DNA from: Planctomycetota bacterium
GTDB taxonomy: Bacteria > Planctomycetota > UBA1135 > UBA2386
Assembly: GCA_046290465.1 (NCBI GenBank)
Contig: JBKAGP010000001.1
Coordinates: 160,001 to 224,000 of the forward strand
Direction of reading: 5' to 3'
DNA length: 64,000 bases
A program made the translations under genes and the position numbers. The notes below the pieces were generated by a model. The model worked only from the letters and a program-made list of their open reading frames with translations, searched no databases and was not told where the DNA came from. How positions within the stretch are numbered: the first letter of the stretch is position 1; each line of letters begins with the position of its first letter. This document shows, one piece after another, positions 10,308-20,114 of the stretch.

Positions 10308-11426
10308 ATGCAGATCGTGCGCGACGGTGATGGTGACGGCGGGTGGCTCGCCCCCGAACAGGTCTGGCCCAACGGCGGTGGTGAAGCGGCGTTCGAGCTG
10401 ATCGACGTGCGCGCGCCCGTCGAGGTGCAGAAGAACGCGCTGCCGGGTGCGCATCCGCTGCCGATCCTGACCGACGAAGAGCGGCACCTGGTCGGCGCGT
10501 GCTACCACGAACGCGGCCACGACGCGGCGGTCGAGCTCGGCGTGTCGCTGACGGCGCCGCACCGCGAGGCTCGGGTGGCGGGGTGGCGCAAGGTCGTAGC
10601 GCAGACGGAGAAGCCCGTCGCGCTGACCTGCTGGCGTGGCGGCGACCGCAGCGCGATCGCGCAGCGGTGGCTCGACGGCGAACTGCCGCGGGTGCGCGGC
10701 GGCGCCAAGGCGCTGCGGCGGTTCCTGATGCAGCGGCTCGACCAGCTGGTGCGCGAGCAGCGCTTCGTCGTGGTCGCCGGCCTGACCGGATCCGGCAAGA
10801 CCGATGCTCTGCACGCGGTGGCCAGCGCGGCGCCGGCGCGCGTGCACGTGCTCGACCTCGAACACATGGCCCGTCATCGCGGCAGCGCGTTCGGCGGCCA
10901 CGGCGAACCCCAGCCGGCGCAGGCGACGTTCGAGAACCGCGTCGCCGCGTCGCTGCAGCTGAGCGACGCCGACTTCGTGCTGGTCGAGGACGAGGCGCGC
11001 CACGTCGGCCGCGTGCTGCTGCCCAAGGAACTGTGGCAGCGGATCAAGCGCGCACCGATCGCGCTGCTCGACGGACCCGACGACGAACGGGTCGCGCGGA
11101 TCGCGCGCGAGTACGCGTTCGAGCCGTGCGCGCACGAAGATCGGCAGGTGGTCAAGGCGCGGCTGGTCGCGTCGGTCGAGAAGCTGCACAAGCGACTCGG
11201 CGGCGCGATGGCCAAGGCGTGCGTCGACGCGCTGATGCACGCCGACCACGACGACCGCTGGCACACCGTCGAGGCGCACGATCCGTGGATCCGGCCGCTG
11301 CTGGTCGACTACTACGACAAGCACTACAGCCAGGAGCTGAGGCGCTATCCGCGCGAGGTCGTCTACCGCGGCGACATCAACGGGCTGGTCGGTTGGCTGC
11401 AGGCCGGTGGCGGCGTGGTGCGCTGA
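10308..11426 (+). CDS. mnmH: tRNA 2-selenouridine synthase (rhodanese + P-loop)
   Basis: IDVRAPVE, CWRGGDRS rhodanese motif, GLTGSGKT P-loop, LDLEHMARHRGSAFG, QATFEN, EDEAR. Confidence 0.9.
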   Translation: MQIVRDGDGDGGWLAPEQVWPNGGGEAAFELIDVRAPVEVQKNALPGAHPLPILTDEERHLVGACYHERGHDAAVELGVSLTAPHREARVAGWRKVVAQTEKPVALTCWRGGDRSAIAQRWLDGELPRVRGGAKALRRFLMQRLDQLVREQRFVVVAGLTGSGKTDALHAVASAAPARVHVLDLEHMARHRGSAFGGHGEPQPAQATFENRVAASLQLSDADFVLVEDEARHVGRVLLPKELWQRIKRAPIALLDGPDDERVARIAREYAFEPCAHEDRQVVKARLVASVEKLHKRLGGAMAKACVDALMHADHDDRWHTVEAHDPWIRPLLVDYYDKHYSQELRRYPREVVYRGDINGLVGWLQAGGGVVR

Positions 11427-11430
11427 TCGA

Positions 11431-14400
11431 TCAGGCCGGCTGCGCGGCCTTGCGCCGCGAGGCGGCTTGCAGCGTCGCGGGCCACCAGACCGACAGCAGC
11501 AGCAGCGCGGCGATCCACCAGGTCGCCAAGGAGTGCGGCAGACGTTCGAAGGCGACCAGCATCGCGGTCGCCGTCCACACGCACGCCGCCAAGGTTGCCC
11601 ACAGCCGGCCGCGCGCGTGCGCCGCGATCGTCCAGGCGCCCAGGATCGTCAGCCCTAGCGGCACCCAGCTGGGGTAGCCACAGACGCCATCGATCCAGAC
11701 GTGCTGCCTGGACGTGATCAGGCCGAACACGATCAACGCATGGGAACCGCCCAGCGCCCGCGGGTGCCTCGGGGCGAACATGACCAGCACCAAGCCGAGC
11801 AGCAGGAACAGCAGCGAGAGCGCGAACATCACGAAGTCGGCCAGCGAACGGCGCACGTAGGTCTGCCACGGCAAGTAGGCCGCTTCCGTTCGCGTTTCGA
11901 TCGCTGCCGGCACCATCACTCCTGCTGCCCGCGCCCGCGCCAGCACCCGGCCGATGCCGTCGCTGCGGTAGCCGTCGTCCAGCCGGCCTACGCGGCTCCA
12001 GGCGTACTTGCGGATGCGATCATCTTCGGTGCCGAGCGCGAGCAGGATCCACGAGTAGCCATTCGTGAACCAGCCGTCGCGCTGCTCGGGCTGGGGGTCG
12101 TCGAGCGCGCTCGCGTCGCCGGCGAACAGCCGCGCCAGCAGCCGTACGTCCGAACGGTACTCCGGGAGGTCTTGCTGCTGCGGCAGTCCGTGCAGCTTGT
12201 GGTCGATCGTGCGGAGCGCGCCGCGCGCCGGTGGAACGTGTACGAAGGCGGCGCTGTAGACCTGGTGGATCTCGTGCAGCTGGTGCGGGTAGTCGGCGTC
12301 GGCGACGCGCTGCAGCGATGCTGCGAGTGCCCGGCGCCAGTCCGACAGGTCCCAGCGCTCGGGCCGTTCGTCGGCCGGGCGCAGGCTTGCCAGCACGACG
12401 AACTCGAAGCTGCTGCCGTCGGGGCCGAGCCAGCGGCCACGGCCGATCTCGCACACGTAGCTCGCGGGGTGTCGTTCGCCGTTGGCCGACACCTGCAGGT
12501 GCACTTCGGGGTGCCGCAGGTTGGCGACCCGCACGTCGCCTTCGAGGTCGAACCGTCCGGCGCGCCAGTGCGTGCGTACGGATCCGTGCAACGCCGCCGG
12601 CGCCGCGCCGTCGCCGAACTGCGGCGGCCGCACCGTGCCCAGGTAGAACCGCAGGAACGGCAGCGCGTGCTCGATCGGCGCCGTGAACGCGACCTCGTCC
12701 TCGCCGAGCACCGGCACCGTGTGCTGCCAGACGAGCGTGGGCTCGACGGCGTGGTCGATCCTGGCCAGCACCGCGAGGCGCAGCGGCCGTTCGGTCCGGT
12801 CGATCGAACCGAGCGCGCGCTCCCAACGCGTCACCAGCGTGTCGCCCGGTGCGCGCTCCTCGTACGGGATCCGGATGCCGGCCGGCGCGAGCTCCACCAA
12901 CAGGTGGTGCAGCCAGGCACGCTGGCGCGAGGGCTGCCGCAGGCGGTCGAGCACCGCCTCGGCCGAGACGGGCGGCTCCGGCCCCCAGCCGAGCGCGCGC
13001 TGTAGCAGCTCCCGGATCGGCGTCGTGCGGTGCTCCTGCCACCAGCCGGCCGCGGCCCCGGGATCCGACTCCATGCAGCCCGTGTGCGCGGCGAGCCAGT
13101 GGTGCAGTTGCCCGGCCCGGTGGTCGGCAGGTCGGTCGGCGAGGCGCGCTGCCACCAGGTCCGCGCGCACGCTGGCGGTCGCCGGCGCGTCGGCTGCGCG
13201 GACCCGTGGCCAGGCCTGCGCCAGCCAGTCGAGGTCGGCCTCGCGGATCACCAGGTCCTTGCCGTCCGCGGTCTCGTAGAGGAACGGCAGCCACGCGCAG
13301 CGATGCAACAGCCGGGCGGCATCCTTGCGGTTGCCCAACGGCTGGCTGCGGTCGCCGACGATCGCCGTCAGCCCGTCGAGGAACGCGTGATCGACGAACT
13401 CGTACGCCGCGATCGGCAGGCGCGCTTGCGGACGGGCGGCGCCGAACAGCACGTTGCGCAGCCGCAGGCCGGGGAGGTGCGGCAGACGATGGGCTGCGCG
13501 CAGCAGCGTCGGGATCGCGGTTCGCTGCTCCGCCGTCCAATGGCCGGGGTCATTCAGGTCGAACCTCGCAAGCACGTCGAACTCGTGCATCGCACCGTCC
13601 GGGCGGCGGCCCGGTGCGGTCGTGTCGTCGTCGCGCGGCCGCTTTACTGGCGAGAGATCGACGCCGAACGCGATCAGTCGCCGACGCGCGTCGTCGAACG
13701 CCGCTCGCTGCTCGGCACTCGCCTGCTCGCACAACGCCACCGTCGTGCTCTGGCTCGCGTCGAGCACCACGTGGCTGGCCGTAGCAATCAGCTGGTCGGC
13801 CTGCGACGTGTCGTCGCCTGGGTCGTACAGATAGCTGCGGGCCGCCTCGTCGGTCAGTGCCTCGAGGTAGAGCGTGCGTTCGGCGAGCGTCAGGTCGTCG
13901 GGGTCCACCCCGTCGAACAGCTCCACGCACACCGTGGCGGCGCCCGCCGTGTTGCCGGCCTCGGCGAGCGCGGTCGCGACCGCGACGCCGTTGGCGCGCT
14001 GCATCGAAGGCACCACGAACCACCAGACGGCCAGCAGCACGAGCGCCGCCGGCAGCAGCGCGCCGAGGATGCTGGAGCGATGACGCGCGACGAACCGCGC
14101 TGCCCGGCCGAACTCCGAGCGCGGCCGCGCCAGGATCTCCTTGCCGATCGAGAACCGTTCGAGGTCCTCTGCCAGCGCCTGCACGGTCGCGTAGCGCTCG
14201 GTCGGGTTCTTGCGCATCGCCTTGTCGACGATGACCTGCAGGTCGAGCGGTACGCGCGCGTTGCGCTTGCGCAGCGGCACCGGCTCGCTCGCGACGACGG
14301 CGTGCATCAGCTGCGCCAGCGGCAGCCCGGCGAACGGCGCCTTGCCGGCGAGGCATTCGTAGAGGATCGCGCCGAGCGCGTAGACGTCGGTCTGTTCGCC

Positions 14401-15177
14401 GATGCGGTCCTGGTCGCCGAGCGCCTGCTCGGGGCTCATGTAGGCCGGCGTGCCGAGCATCTGGCCGGTCATGGTGGCGCCGTGCTCGGCGCCGAGTTCG
14501 CGCGCCAGGCCGAAGTCGCAGACGAACGCGTCGCCGCTCGCGTCGAGCAGCACGTTGCCGGGCTTGAGGTCGCGGTGCATGACGCCCTTGCCGTGCGCAT
14601 ACGCCATCGCCGAGCAGACCTGCAGCAGCAGCTTGACGGCCTGGGTGGTCGGCATCGCGCCGTTCTCGAGGCGCTGGGCCTCGAGGCGCTGGGCGAGCGT
14701 GCAGCCGTCGATCAGGTCCATCGTGAAGTAGACGAAGCCGTCGGCCTTGCCGACCTCGTGCACCGAGACGATGTGGCGGTGGCGCAGCCTGGCGAGGCTC
14801 TTGGCCTCGCGCTCGAAGCGGCGGATCGCATCGCCGAACATCAGGTCGCCGGGCCGCAGCACCTTGACGGCGAGGTCGCGGTCGAGCGACTTCTGGTGGG
14901 CGCGGTAGACGACGCCCATGCCGCCGCGGCCGAGCTCGTCGAGCACCTCGTAGTCGTCGGAGAGCCGTGGGGGAGCGAGGTCGTGCTGCTGTGCCACCGC
15001 GTCGTCGCCGAGCACGTCGTGCATCGCCTGCAGGGCCTGCAGCGCCTTCAGCACGTCGGGCTCGGGGATCGAGAAGCGCTCGGCGAGCTTGCAGGTGTCG
15101 ACCGACTGCCCGGCGTCGAGCGCCTGCTGCAGCTCGTCGCAGAGCTGGCCCATGCGTTCTTCGAGGTCGCCGCTCAT
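11431..15177 (-). CDS. Ser/Thr protein kinase, membrane-anchored, with long uncharacterised C-terminal region ending in several TM helices (paralogue A)
   Basis: [28 protein letters not shown]; hydrophobic segments after the kinase domain and at the C-terminus. Confidence 0.9.
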   Translation of the reverse strand: MSGDLEERMGQLCDELQQALDAGQSVDTCKLAERFSIPEPDVLKALQALQAMHDVLGDDAVAQQHDLAPPRLSDDYEVLDELGRGGMGVVYRAHQKSLDRDLAVKVLRPGDLMFGDAIRRFEREAKSLARLRHRHIVSVHEVGKADGFVYFTMDLIDGCTLAQRLEAQRLENGAMPTTQAVKLLLQVCSAMAYAHGKGVMHRDLKPGNVLLDASGDAFVCDFGLARELGAEHGATMTGQMLGTPAYMSPEQALGDQDRIGEQTDVYALGAILYECLAGKAPFAGLPLAQLMHAVVASEPVPLRKRNARVPLDLQVIVDKAMRKNPTERYATVQALAEDLERFSIGKEILARPRSEFGRAARFVARHRSSILGALLPAALVLLAVWWFVVPSMQRANGVAVATALAEAGNTAGAATVCVELFDGVDPDDLTLAERTLYLEALTDEAARSYLYDPGDDTSQADQLIATASHVVLDASQSTTVALCEQASAEQRAAFDDARRRLIAFGVDLSPVKRPRDDDTTAPGRRPDGAMHEFDVLARFDLNDPGHWTAEQRTAIPTLLRAAHRLPHLPGLRLRNVLFGAARPQARLPIAAYEFVDHAFLDGLTAIVGDRSQPLGNRKDAARLLHRCAWLPFLYETADGKDLVIREADLDWLAQAWPRVRAADAPATASVRADLVAARLADRPADHRAGQLHHWLAAHTGCMESDPGAAAGWWQEHRTTPIRELLQRALGWGPEPPVSAEAVLDRLRQPSRQRAWLHHLLVELAPAGIRIPYEERAPGDTLVTRWERALGSIDRTERPLRLAVLARIDHAVEPTLVWQHTVPVLGEDEVAFTAPIEHALPFLRFYLGTVRPPQFGDGAAPAALHGSVRTHWRAGRFDLEGDVRVANLRHPEVHLQVSANGERHPASYVCEIGRGRWLGPDGSSFEFVVLASLRPADERPERWDLSDWRRALAASLQRVADADYPHQLHEIHQVYSAAFVHVPPARGALRTIDHKLHGLPQQQDLPEYRSDVRLLARLFAGDASALDDPQPEQRDGWFTNGYSWILLALGTEDDRIRKYAWSRVGRLDDGYRSDGIGRVLARARAAGVMVPAAIETRTEAAYLPWQTYVRRSLADFVMFALSLLFLLLGLVLVMFAPRHPRALGGSHALIVFGLITSRQHVWIDGVCGYPSWVPLGLTILGAWTIAAHARGRLWATLAACVWTATAMLVAFERLPHSLATWWIAALLLLSVWWPATLQAASRRKAAQPA

Positions 15178-15212
15178 CGGGCCTCGATCTGGTCGTGGTG
15201 TGCGGCGGTCAT
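15174..15212 (-). pseudogene. 12-codon mini-ORF (MTAAHHDQIEAR), probable internally deleted remnant of a duplicated ECF sigma gene
   Basis: GGAGG upstream; its TGA overlaps the kinase A ATG (ATGA); resembles the start (CACAACGACCA vs CACCACGACCA) and end (GAGGCC..TGAGC) of the ECF gene. Confidence 0.45.
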
Positions 15213-15221
15213 GCGGGCGTC

Positions 15222-15263
15222 CTCCATTGTGTCAGGGGAGGATCGCGCCGCCAGCGCCAGAAA
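15222..15263 (-). promoter_or_regulatory. Duplicated upstream motif, copy 2 (putative promoter/leader)
   Basis: Minus strand TTTCTGGCGCTGGCGGCGCGATCCTCCCCTGACACAATGGAG closely matches 19609-19651. Confidence 0.5.
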
Positions 15264-15267
15264 CGGC

Positions 15268-18200
15268 TCAGGCAGGTTGCGCCAACTGCAACCGACGGCG
15301 GGCGGTGTTGGCCGTGTTGGCCCACAAGGACTGCAGCACGATGCCTACGATGGCGATCAGGCCGACGAGGATCGGATGCTCGAGGGAGTCCGTCACGAAC
15401 GCGATGGTGGCACCGGTCCAGAATAGCGGTGCCACCAGCCATACGGGGCTTCGCGTGAGCCGCCAGCAGATCGCCCAGGCTCCGAGCACGTGCAGGCCGT
15501 GGCCCAGCCACGATGGGTTCCAGTCCATGCCGCTGGCACGCAGGGACCACAAGGGGAGAAGCATGCCGCTGATCCACAGTACTTTGGCGGCGTCACGGCG
15601 AAGGGAGCGTGCGCGAAGGGTGAACCGGAGGGCGAGCGCAGCGATCAACACGTGTCCGATCAGCAGGAGCAGCAGCTTGGCGTTGTCCGCTACCCAGGCC
15701 AGCACGGGCGATGGTGTGGAGCGCGCCTGTGCGTCCAGCCAGTCGGGGCGTTGGCCATCGAGAGACTTCGTGGATGCCAGCCGTCGAAGGAGATACCCGG
15801 GCACGGGCTGCGCGGCGAGCTGAGCGAAGGCGTAGGCACGCAGCGTCTCCGAGTCCGTGGTCGTGGCCAGCCTCGCGAAGAAGGTCGGGTTCATGATGCC
15901 GTGTGGGGACATGCCTGCTTCGCCCGTCTCGATCCGGATCGCCGCCTCGTCGCCGGCGAGGAGCAGGCCAGCCTTGCGGGGGATGACGCAGCCCGAGCTC
16001 CTCTCGTGCTTGTTGGCCTTTGCTTGAAGCTCGCGCAGGGCTTCGACCTTGTCGGCCATCGGAAAGAAGGCCGCCGCTGCGATTCTCTGTGCGTGTCCGG
16101 TTACGTATTCGTCCGGTAGGGACGCGAGGTGGTCCAGGGTGCGTTGGATCGCTTGCACCCAGTCCTCTCGATCCCATACGTCCGTCGCGGTAGCAGCGGG
16201 TTCGAGCACGCCCAGGGCAAAGACCGCGTATCCCGTGGCTCCCTCTCTCGATTGCCAGGTCGCGCCACCGAGCATCGTCACGAGGCCTTCGGGGCAGTCG
16301 CTGTTCGCGCTGTCGCTGTGGCTCAGGCTCAGCCCCGGCGTCCAGCGCGTTCGAATGGTCGTGACGCCTGACAGCGTGGCGTCGTCGCCGCTCCAACGGA
16401 TGCTTGCGCGGCCAACCATCGAGCATTTCTCGAGGCCGCCCGATGTGCGGTGTCGGTGGCGTCCGACGAACAGACCGTGGTAGGGCATGTCGTTCTCGAT
16501 CACGGTGTGCCACGCAGCCTGCTCGCCGTAGCCGAGGACCTGTCGGTGTTGGCCGATCAGGCGAGGCGTGGCCTCGCCGTTGCCGATGGCGAACGTGGCG
16601 GCACGGAAGACGCGGCGTTGGCGGTCGCTGCGTCCCAAAGCCTGCCGCCAGCGCGCCAGGCAATCGCCCTGGTTCCAGATCGTGAGAAGTGGCACCTGGG
16701 TCGCGTCGGATGCGGTCAGTTCGAGCAGGTGGTGCACGCGTGCGGTCTCTTCGCCTCGATGCGACGCCAGCTGTTGGAGCAGATCGTCGATCGTCAGTTC
16801 CGATACGGGCACATTCCGCATCCGTCTGGGCAGCAGATGCTGTCGTGGGTCCAGGTCGCGGTGTTCCCGCCACCAGGCGCGCAGCGCTTTAGGACCGTGC
16901 GATTGTCCCGTGTGTCGGCGCAGCCAATGCTTCAAGCGCCACGTTCGACGGTGCCGCTCCTTCGGATCTGGGATGGCCTGCGCTTCGATCAGGCGTTCGA
17001 GCACGAGGTCGATGCGGCGCACGTAGGCCGCACGGCGATCCAAGCCTCGCAGCGACTGCCATGCCTGTTCGAGCCAGTTGAGATCCGATTCGCGGATGCC
17101 GTCGAGCGATGGACCCTTCGCATGGAGAAACGGCAGCCAACCGATGCGATGGAAAAGGGCGGCAGCACAGCGGCGCGTTTCGAACGGCAGGGATCGGTCC
17201 ATGACCACCCCCAGGATGCGCTCCATGTGGTCACGCTCGACGAACGCGCATGTTGGGCCGTCGCCGCGGGCCACGTGGTTCATCCGCTCACGGGTCGCTT
17301 CGGGTAGCCGGTGGTGCACCGGCAGCAGGCTGACGAACCTCGCGAACGCGGTTTCGTGCCAAGCGTCATGGTCCGCATCGCTGGCGAGAGCGTGCACGAT
17401 TGCGAGGCTGTTCGCATCACCGCGGCCGGGCGTGTCGTCTTCGAGCAGCTTCCGGTAGCTCGGATGGTGCCGGTAGAGCCCGTTCTTGTCCGGCAGCATG
17501 GCCGCCAGCCGGACGTAATCCAGGTAGTAGTCCTGGACGGGCAGGCCATCCGGGCCACTGGCCAGCTTCAGGAAACCCGCGTGATGCTCGCCTTCGACGC
17601 TCTGCACCAGGCTCTCGGCGCGAGCGACGAGATCGTCGGCGCGTGCGTGCTCGGCGGCCGACCCGCGCACATGGCTACGCGCTGCCTCGTCGACCAGGGC
17701 TCCAAGCAGCTCGATCAGCTCGGATCCAGACAAGTCGCCTGGGCTCTTGTCTGCATGGGCGTTCTCGAAGGCAGCAAGTGCACCTGGGGTGTTGCCCGCG
17801 GCCCGGAGTTGCCGTGCAAGCATCAGCGTTCGTCCCTGCATCCACGCTGGCAGCACGAACAGCCACGCACACAGCGAAAGAACGGCAACCGGCGCAAGCG
17901 CAGCGAAAACCGAGTTGCGGTTGCGGCGCACGAAGCTGGCAGCCCACGACCATTCCGTACGCGGCCGAGCCAGGATCTCCTTGCCGGTCGAGAACCGTTC
18001 GAGATCTTCGGCGAACGCCTGCACGGTGGCGTAGCGCTGCGCCGGGTCTTTGTGCATGGCCATCTCACAGATGACCTCGAGGTCCGCCGGGACGTGCACC
18101 CCGTGCCGCCGCAGCGGCACGGGGTCGCGCTCGAGCACGGCCTGCATCAGCTGCGCCAGCGGCAGGTCGGCGAAGGGAGGTCTCCCGCTCAGGCACTGGT

Positions 18201-19002
18201 AGAGGATCGCGCCGAGCGCGTAGACGTCGGTGCGTTCCCCGATGGCGTCGCGCTGTCCCAGGGCCTGTTCGGGCGCCATGTACGCTGGGGTGCCGAGCAT
18301 CTGGCCCGTCAGGGTGGCGCCTGCCTCGCTGCCGAGCTCGCGCGCCAGGCCGAAGTCGCAGACGAACGCGTCGCCGTCGCCGTCGAGCAGGACGTTGCCC
18401 GGCTTGAGGTCGCGGTGCATCACGCCCTTGCCGTGCGCGTACGCCATCGCGGAGCTGACCTGCAGCAAGAGCTTGACGGCTTGCGTCGTCGGCATCGGGC
18501 CTTCCTCGAGGCGCTCGGCGAGCGTGCAGCCGTCGACGAGGTCCATCGTGAAGTAGACGAAGCCGTCGGTCTTGCCGACCTCGTGCACCGAGACGATGTG
18601 GCGGTGGCGCAGCCTGGCGAGGCTCTTGGCCTCGCGCTCGAAGCGGCGGATCGCGTCGCCGAACAGCAGGTCGCCGGGCCGCAGCACCTTGACGGCGAGG
18701 TCGCGGTCGAGCGATTTCTGGTGGGCGCGGTAGACGACGCCCATGCCGCCGCGGCCGAGCTCGTCGAGCACCTCGTAGTCGTCGGAGAGCCGTGGGGGCG
18801 CGAGGTCGTGCTGCTGTGCCACCGCGTCCTCGCCGAGCACGTCGTGCATCGCGCGCAGCGCCTGCAGCGCCTTGAGCACGTCCGGCTGCGGGATTGCGAA
18901 GCGTTCGGCCAGCTCGCCGGTATCGATCGACTGCCCGGCGTCGAGCGCCTGCTGCAGCTTGTCGCAGAGCTGGCCCATGCGTTCTTCGAGGTCGCCGCTC
19001 AC
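15268..19002 (-). CDS. Ser/Thr protein kinase, membrane-anchored, tandem paralogue B
   Basis: Kinase domain nearly identical to 11431-15177; GTG start overlaps the ECF sigma stop (GTGA). Confidence 0.9.
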   Translation of the reverse strand: MSGDLEERMGQLCDKLQQALDAGQSIDTGELAERFAIPQPDVLKALQALRAMHDVLGEDAVAQQHDLAPPRLSDDYEVLDELGRGGMGVVYRAHQKSLDRDLAVKVLRPGDLLFGDAIRRFEREAKSLARLRHRHIVSVHEVGKTDGFVYFTMDLVDGCTLAERLEEGPMPTTQAVKLLLQVSSAMAYAHGKGVMHRDLKPGNVLLDGDGDAFVCDFGLARELGSEAGATLTGQMLGTPAYMAPEQALGQRDAIGERTDVYALGAILYQCLSGRPPFADLPLAQLMQAVLERDPVPLRRHGVHVPADLEVICEMAMHKDPAQRYATVQAFAEDLERFSTGKEILARPRTEWSWAASFVRRNRNSVFAALAPVAVLSLCAWLFVLPAWMQGRTLMLARQLRAAGNTPGALAAFENAHADKSPGDLSGSELIELLGALVDEAARSHVRGSAAEHARADDLVARAESLVQSVEGEHHAGFLKLASGPDGLPVQDYYLDYVRLAAMLPDKNGLYRHHPSYRKLLEDDTPGRGDANSLAIVHALASDADHDAWHETAFARFVSLLPVHHRLPEATRERMNHVARGDGPTCAFVERDHMERILGVVMDRSLPFETRRCAAALFHRIGWLPFLHAKGPSLDGIRESDLNWLEQAWQSLRGLDRRAAYVRRIDLVLERLIEAQAIPDPKERHRRTWRLKHWLRRHTGQSHGPKALRAWWREHRDLDPRQHLLPRRMRNVPVSELTIDDLLQQLASHRGEETARVHHLLELTASDATQVPLLTIWNQGDCLARWRQALGRSDRQRRVFRAATFAIGNGEATPRLIGQHRQVLGYGEQAAWHTVIENDMPYHGLFVGRHRHRTSGGLEKCSMVGRASIRWSGDDATLSGVTTIRTRWTPGLSLSHSDSANSDCPEGLVTMLGGATWQSREGATGYAVFALGVLEPAATATDVWDREDWVQAIQRTLDHLASLPDEYVTGHAQRIAAAAFFPMADKVEALRELQAKANKHERSSGCVIPRKAGLLLAGDEAAIRIETGEAGMSPHGIMNPTFFARLATTTDSETLRAYAFAQLAAQPVPGYLLRRLASTKSLDGQRPDWLDAQARSTPSPVLAWVADNAKLLLLLIGHVLIAALALRFTLRARSLRRDAAKVLWISGMLLPLWSLRASGMDWNPSWLGHGLHVLGAWAICWRLTRSPVWLVAPLFWTGATIAFVTDSLEHPILVGLIAIVGIVLQSLWANTANTARRRLQLAQPA

Positions 19003-19598
19003 GCAAGGCCTCCGACCTCGCCGAGCAGGTCGCCGAGCCGCACCGTCGCGCGGCCGATCAGCCGCCGGACCGACGTCGGGCTGGTGCCGATGCGCTCGGC
19101 GATCTCGGCGATTTCGCGGCCCTCGAAGTGGCGCATCAGCAGCACGTCACGTTCGTCTCCCGGCAGCGAGGTGATCGCCTCGGCCAGCCACGTGCGCCGT
19201 TCGCTGCGGCCGGCCTGCGTCAGCACGCCGGTCTGCTCGGCCTCAAGCCGGTCGATCAGCTGCGACACCCGCGCGAGTTCGCCGGGCGAGCGCTTCTTGG
19301 CGCCGTGGTATTCGGCGCGCGTGCGGATCTGGTTCTCGGCGATCTGGCACAGCCAGCGAACGAACGATCCGGGACCGCGATCCTCGAACCGACCGAACGC
19401 CTGGTGCGCGGCCAGGTAGGTCTCCTGCAGCAGGTCGCGCGACTCCTCGCGGCTGCGCAGCTGCTTGCCGAGCCGGACGCGCAGGTACAGTTCGAGCCGG
19501 GCCGCGGCGTGTTCGAACAGCTGGTCGTAGGCTTCGGGGTCGCCTTCCCTGGCGCGGGCCAGCAGCTGCAAGGTCTCTGGGTGGTCGTTGTGGGGCAT
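18999..19598 (-). CDS. RNA polymerase sigma-70 factor, ECF subfamily (kinase-associated type)
   Basis: [34 protein letters not shown] (region 2); [27 protein letters not shown] (region 4). Confidence 0.9.
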   Translation of the reverse strand: MPHNDHPETLQLLARAREGDPEAYDQLFEHAAARLELYLRVRLGKQLRSREESRDLLQETYLAAHQAFGRFEDRGPGSFVRWLCQIAENQIRTRAEYHGAKKRSPGELARVSQLIDRLEAEQTGVLTQAGRSERRTWLAEAITSLPGDERDVLLMRHFEGREIAEIAERIGTSPTSVRRLIGRATVRLGDLLGEVGGLA

Positions 19599-19608
19599 CG
19601 ACGTCGGG

Positions 19609-19651
19609 CTCCATTGTGCTAGGGGAAGTTGTCGCCGCCAGCGCCACGAAA
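19609..19651 (-). promoter_or_regulatory. Duplicated upstream motif, copy 1 (putative promoter/leader of the ECF-kinase operon)
   Basis: Minus strand TTTCGTGGCGCTGGCGGCGACAACTTCCCCTAGCACAATGGAG; similar to 15222-15263. Confidence 0.5.
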
Positions 19652-19689
19652 AAGCTGGCCCTGCCCGCCGCATCCGTCACGCTGTGGAC

Positions 19690-19968
19690 ATGACCAGCGC
19701 ATCCGCCCGTCACATCCTCGTCGACTCCGAGCAGCAGTGCCTCGATCTCAAGGCCCAGATCGAGGGCGGCGCCTCGTTCGAGGACCTCGCCAAGCAACAC
19801 TCGTCGTGCCCGTCCGGCGCCCGCGGCGGCGCGCTTGGCACGTTCAACCCGGGCCAGATGGTCAAGGAGTTCGACACCGTCGTGTTCAACGAAGCCGTCG
19901 GCGAAGTGCACGGGCCGGTGAAGACGCAGTTCGGCTACCACCTGATCGAGATCACCGAGCGTTCGTAG
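19690..19968 (+). CDS. ppiC: Parvulin-type peptidyl-prolyl cis-trans isomerase
   Basis: ARHILV, FEDLAKQHSSCPSGARGGALG, MVKEFD, GPVKTQFGYHLI; 92 aa. Confidence 0.92.
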   Translation: MTSASARHILVDSEQQCLDLKAQIEGGASFEDLAKQHSSCPSGARGGALGTFNPGQMVKEFDTVVFNEAVGEVHGPVKTQFGYHLIEITERS

Positions 19969-20114
19969 GCGGCAGCGGGGTTCGGCCCCCTCGCCGGCGG
20001 TCGGACCAGTCGATGTCCCAGCCGATGTCATCGTCGGCATGCCCGATCCGCGCGCTGCCGCCGTGCGCCGAGCCGCGGCTGGACGGCGCGCCGGTGCGAG
20101 CGCCCCGGTAGCGC

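Noticed and set aside
10308..11426. Selenocysteine recoding or a selenium gene cluster around mnmH
   Set aside because: No selD/selAB/tRNA-Sec in the window and no in-frame TGA needing read-through
11431..19002. Diversity-generating retroelement explaining the paralogous kinases
   Set aside because: No reverse transcriptase and no adenine-specific TR/VR pair; divergence is spread over ~2.7 kb
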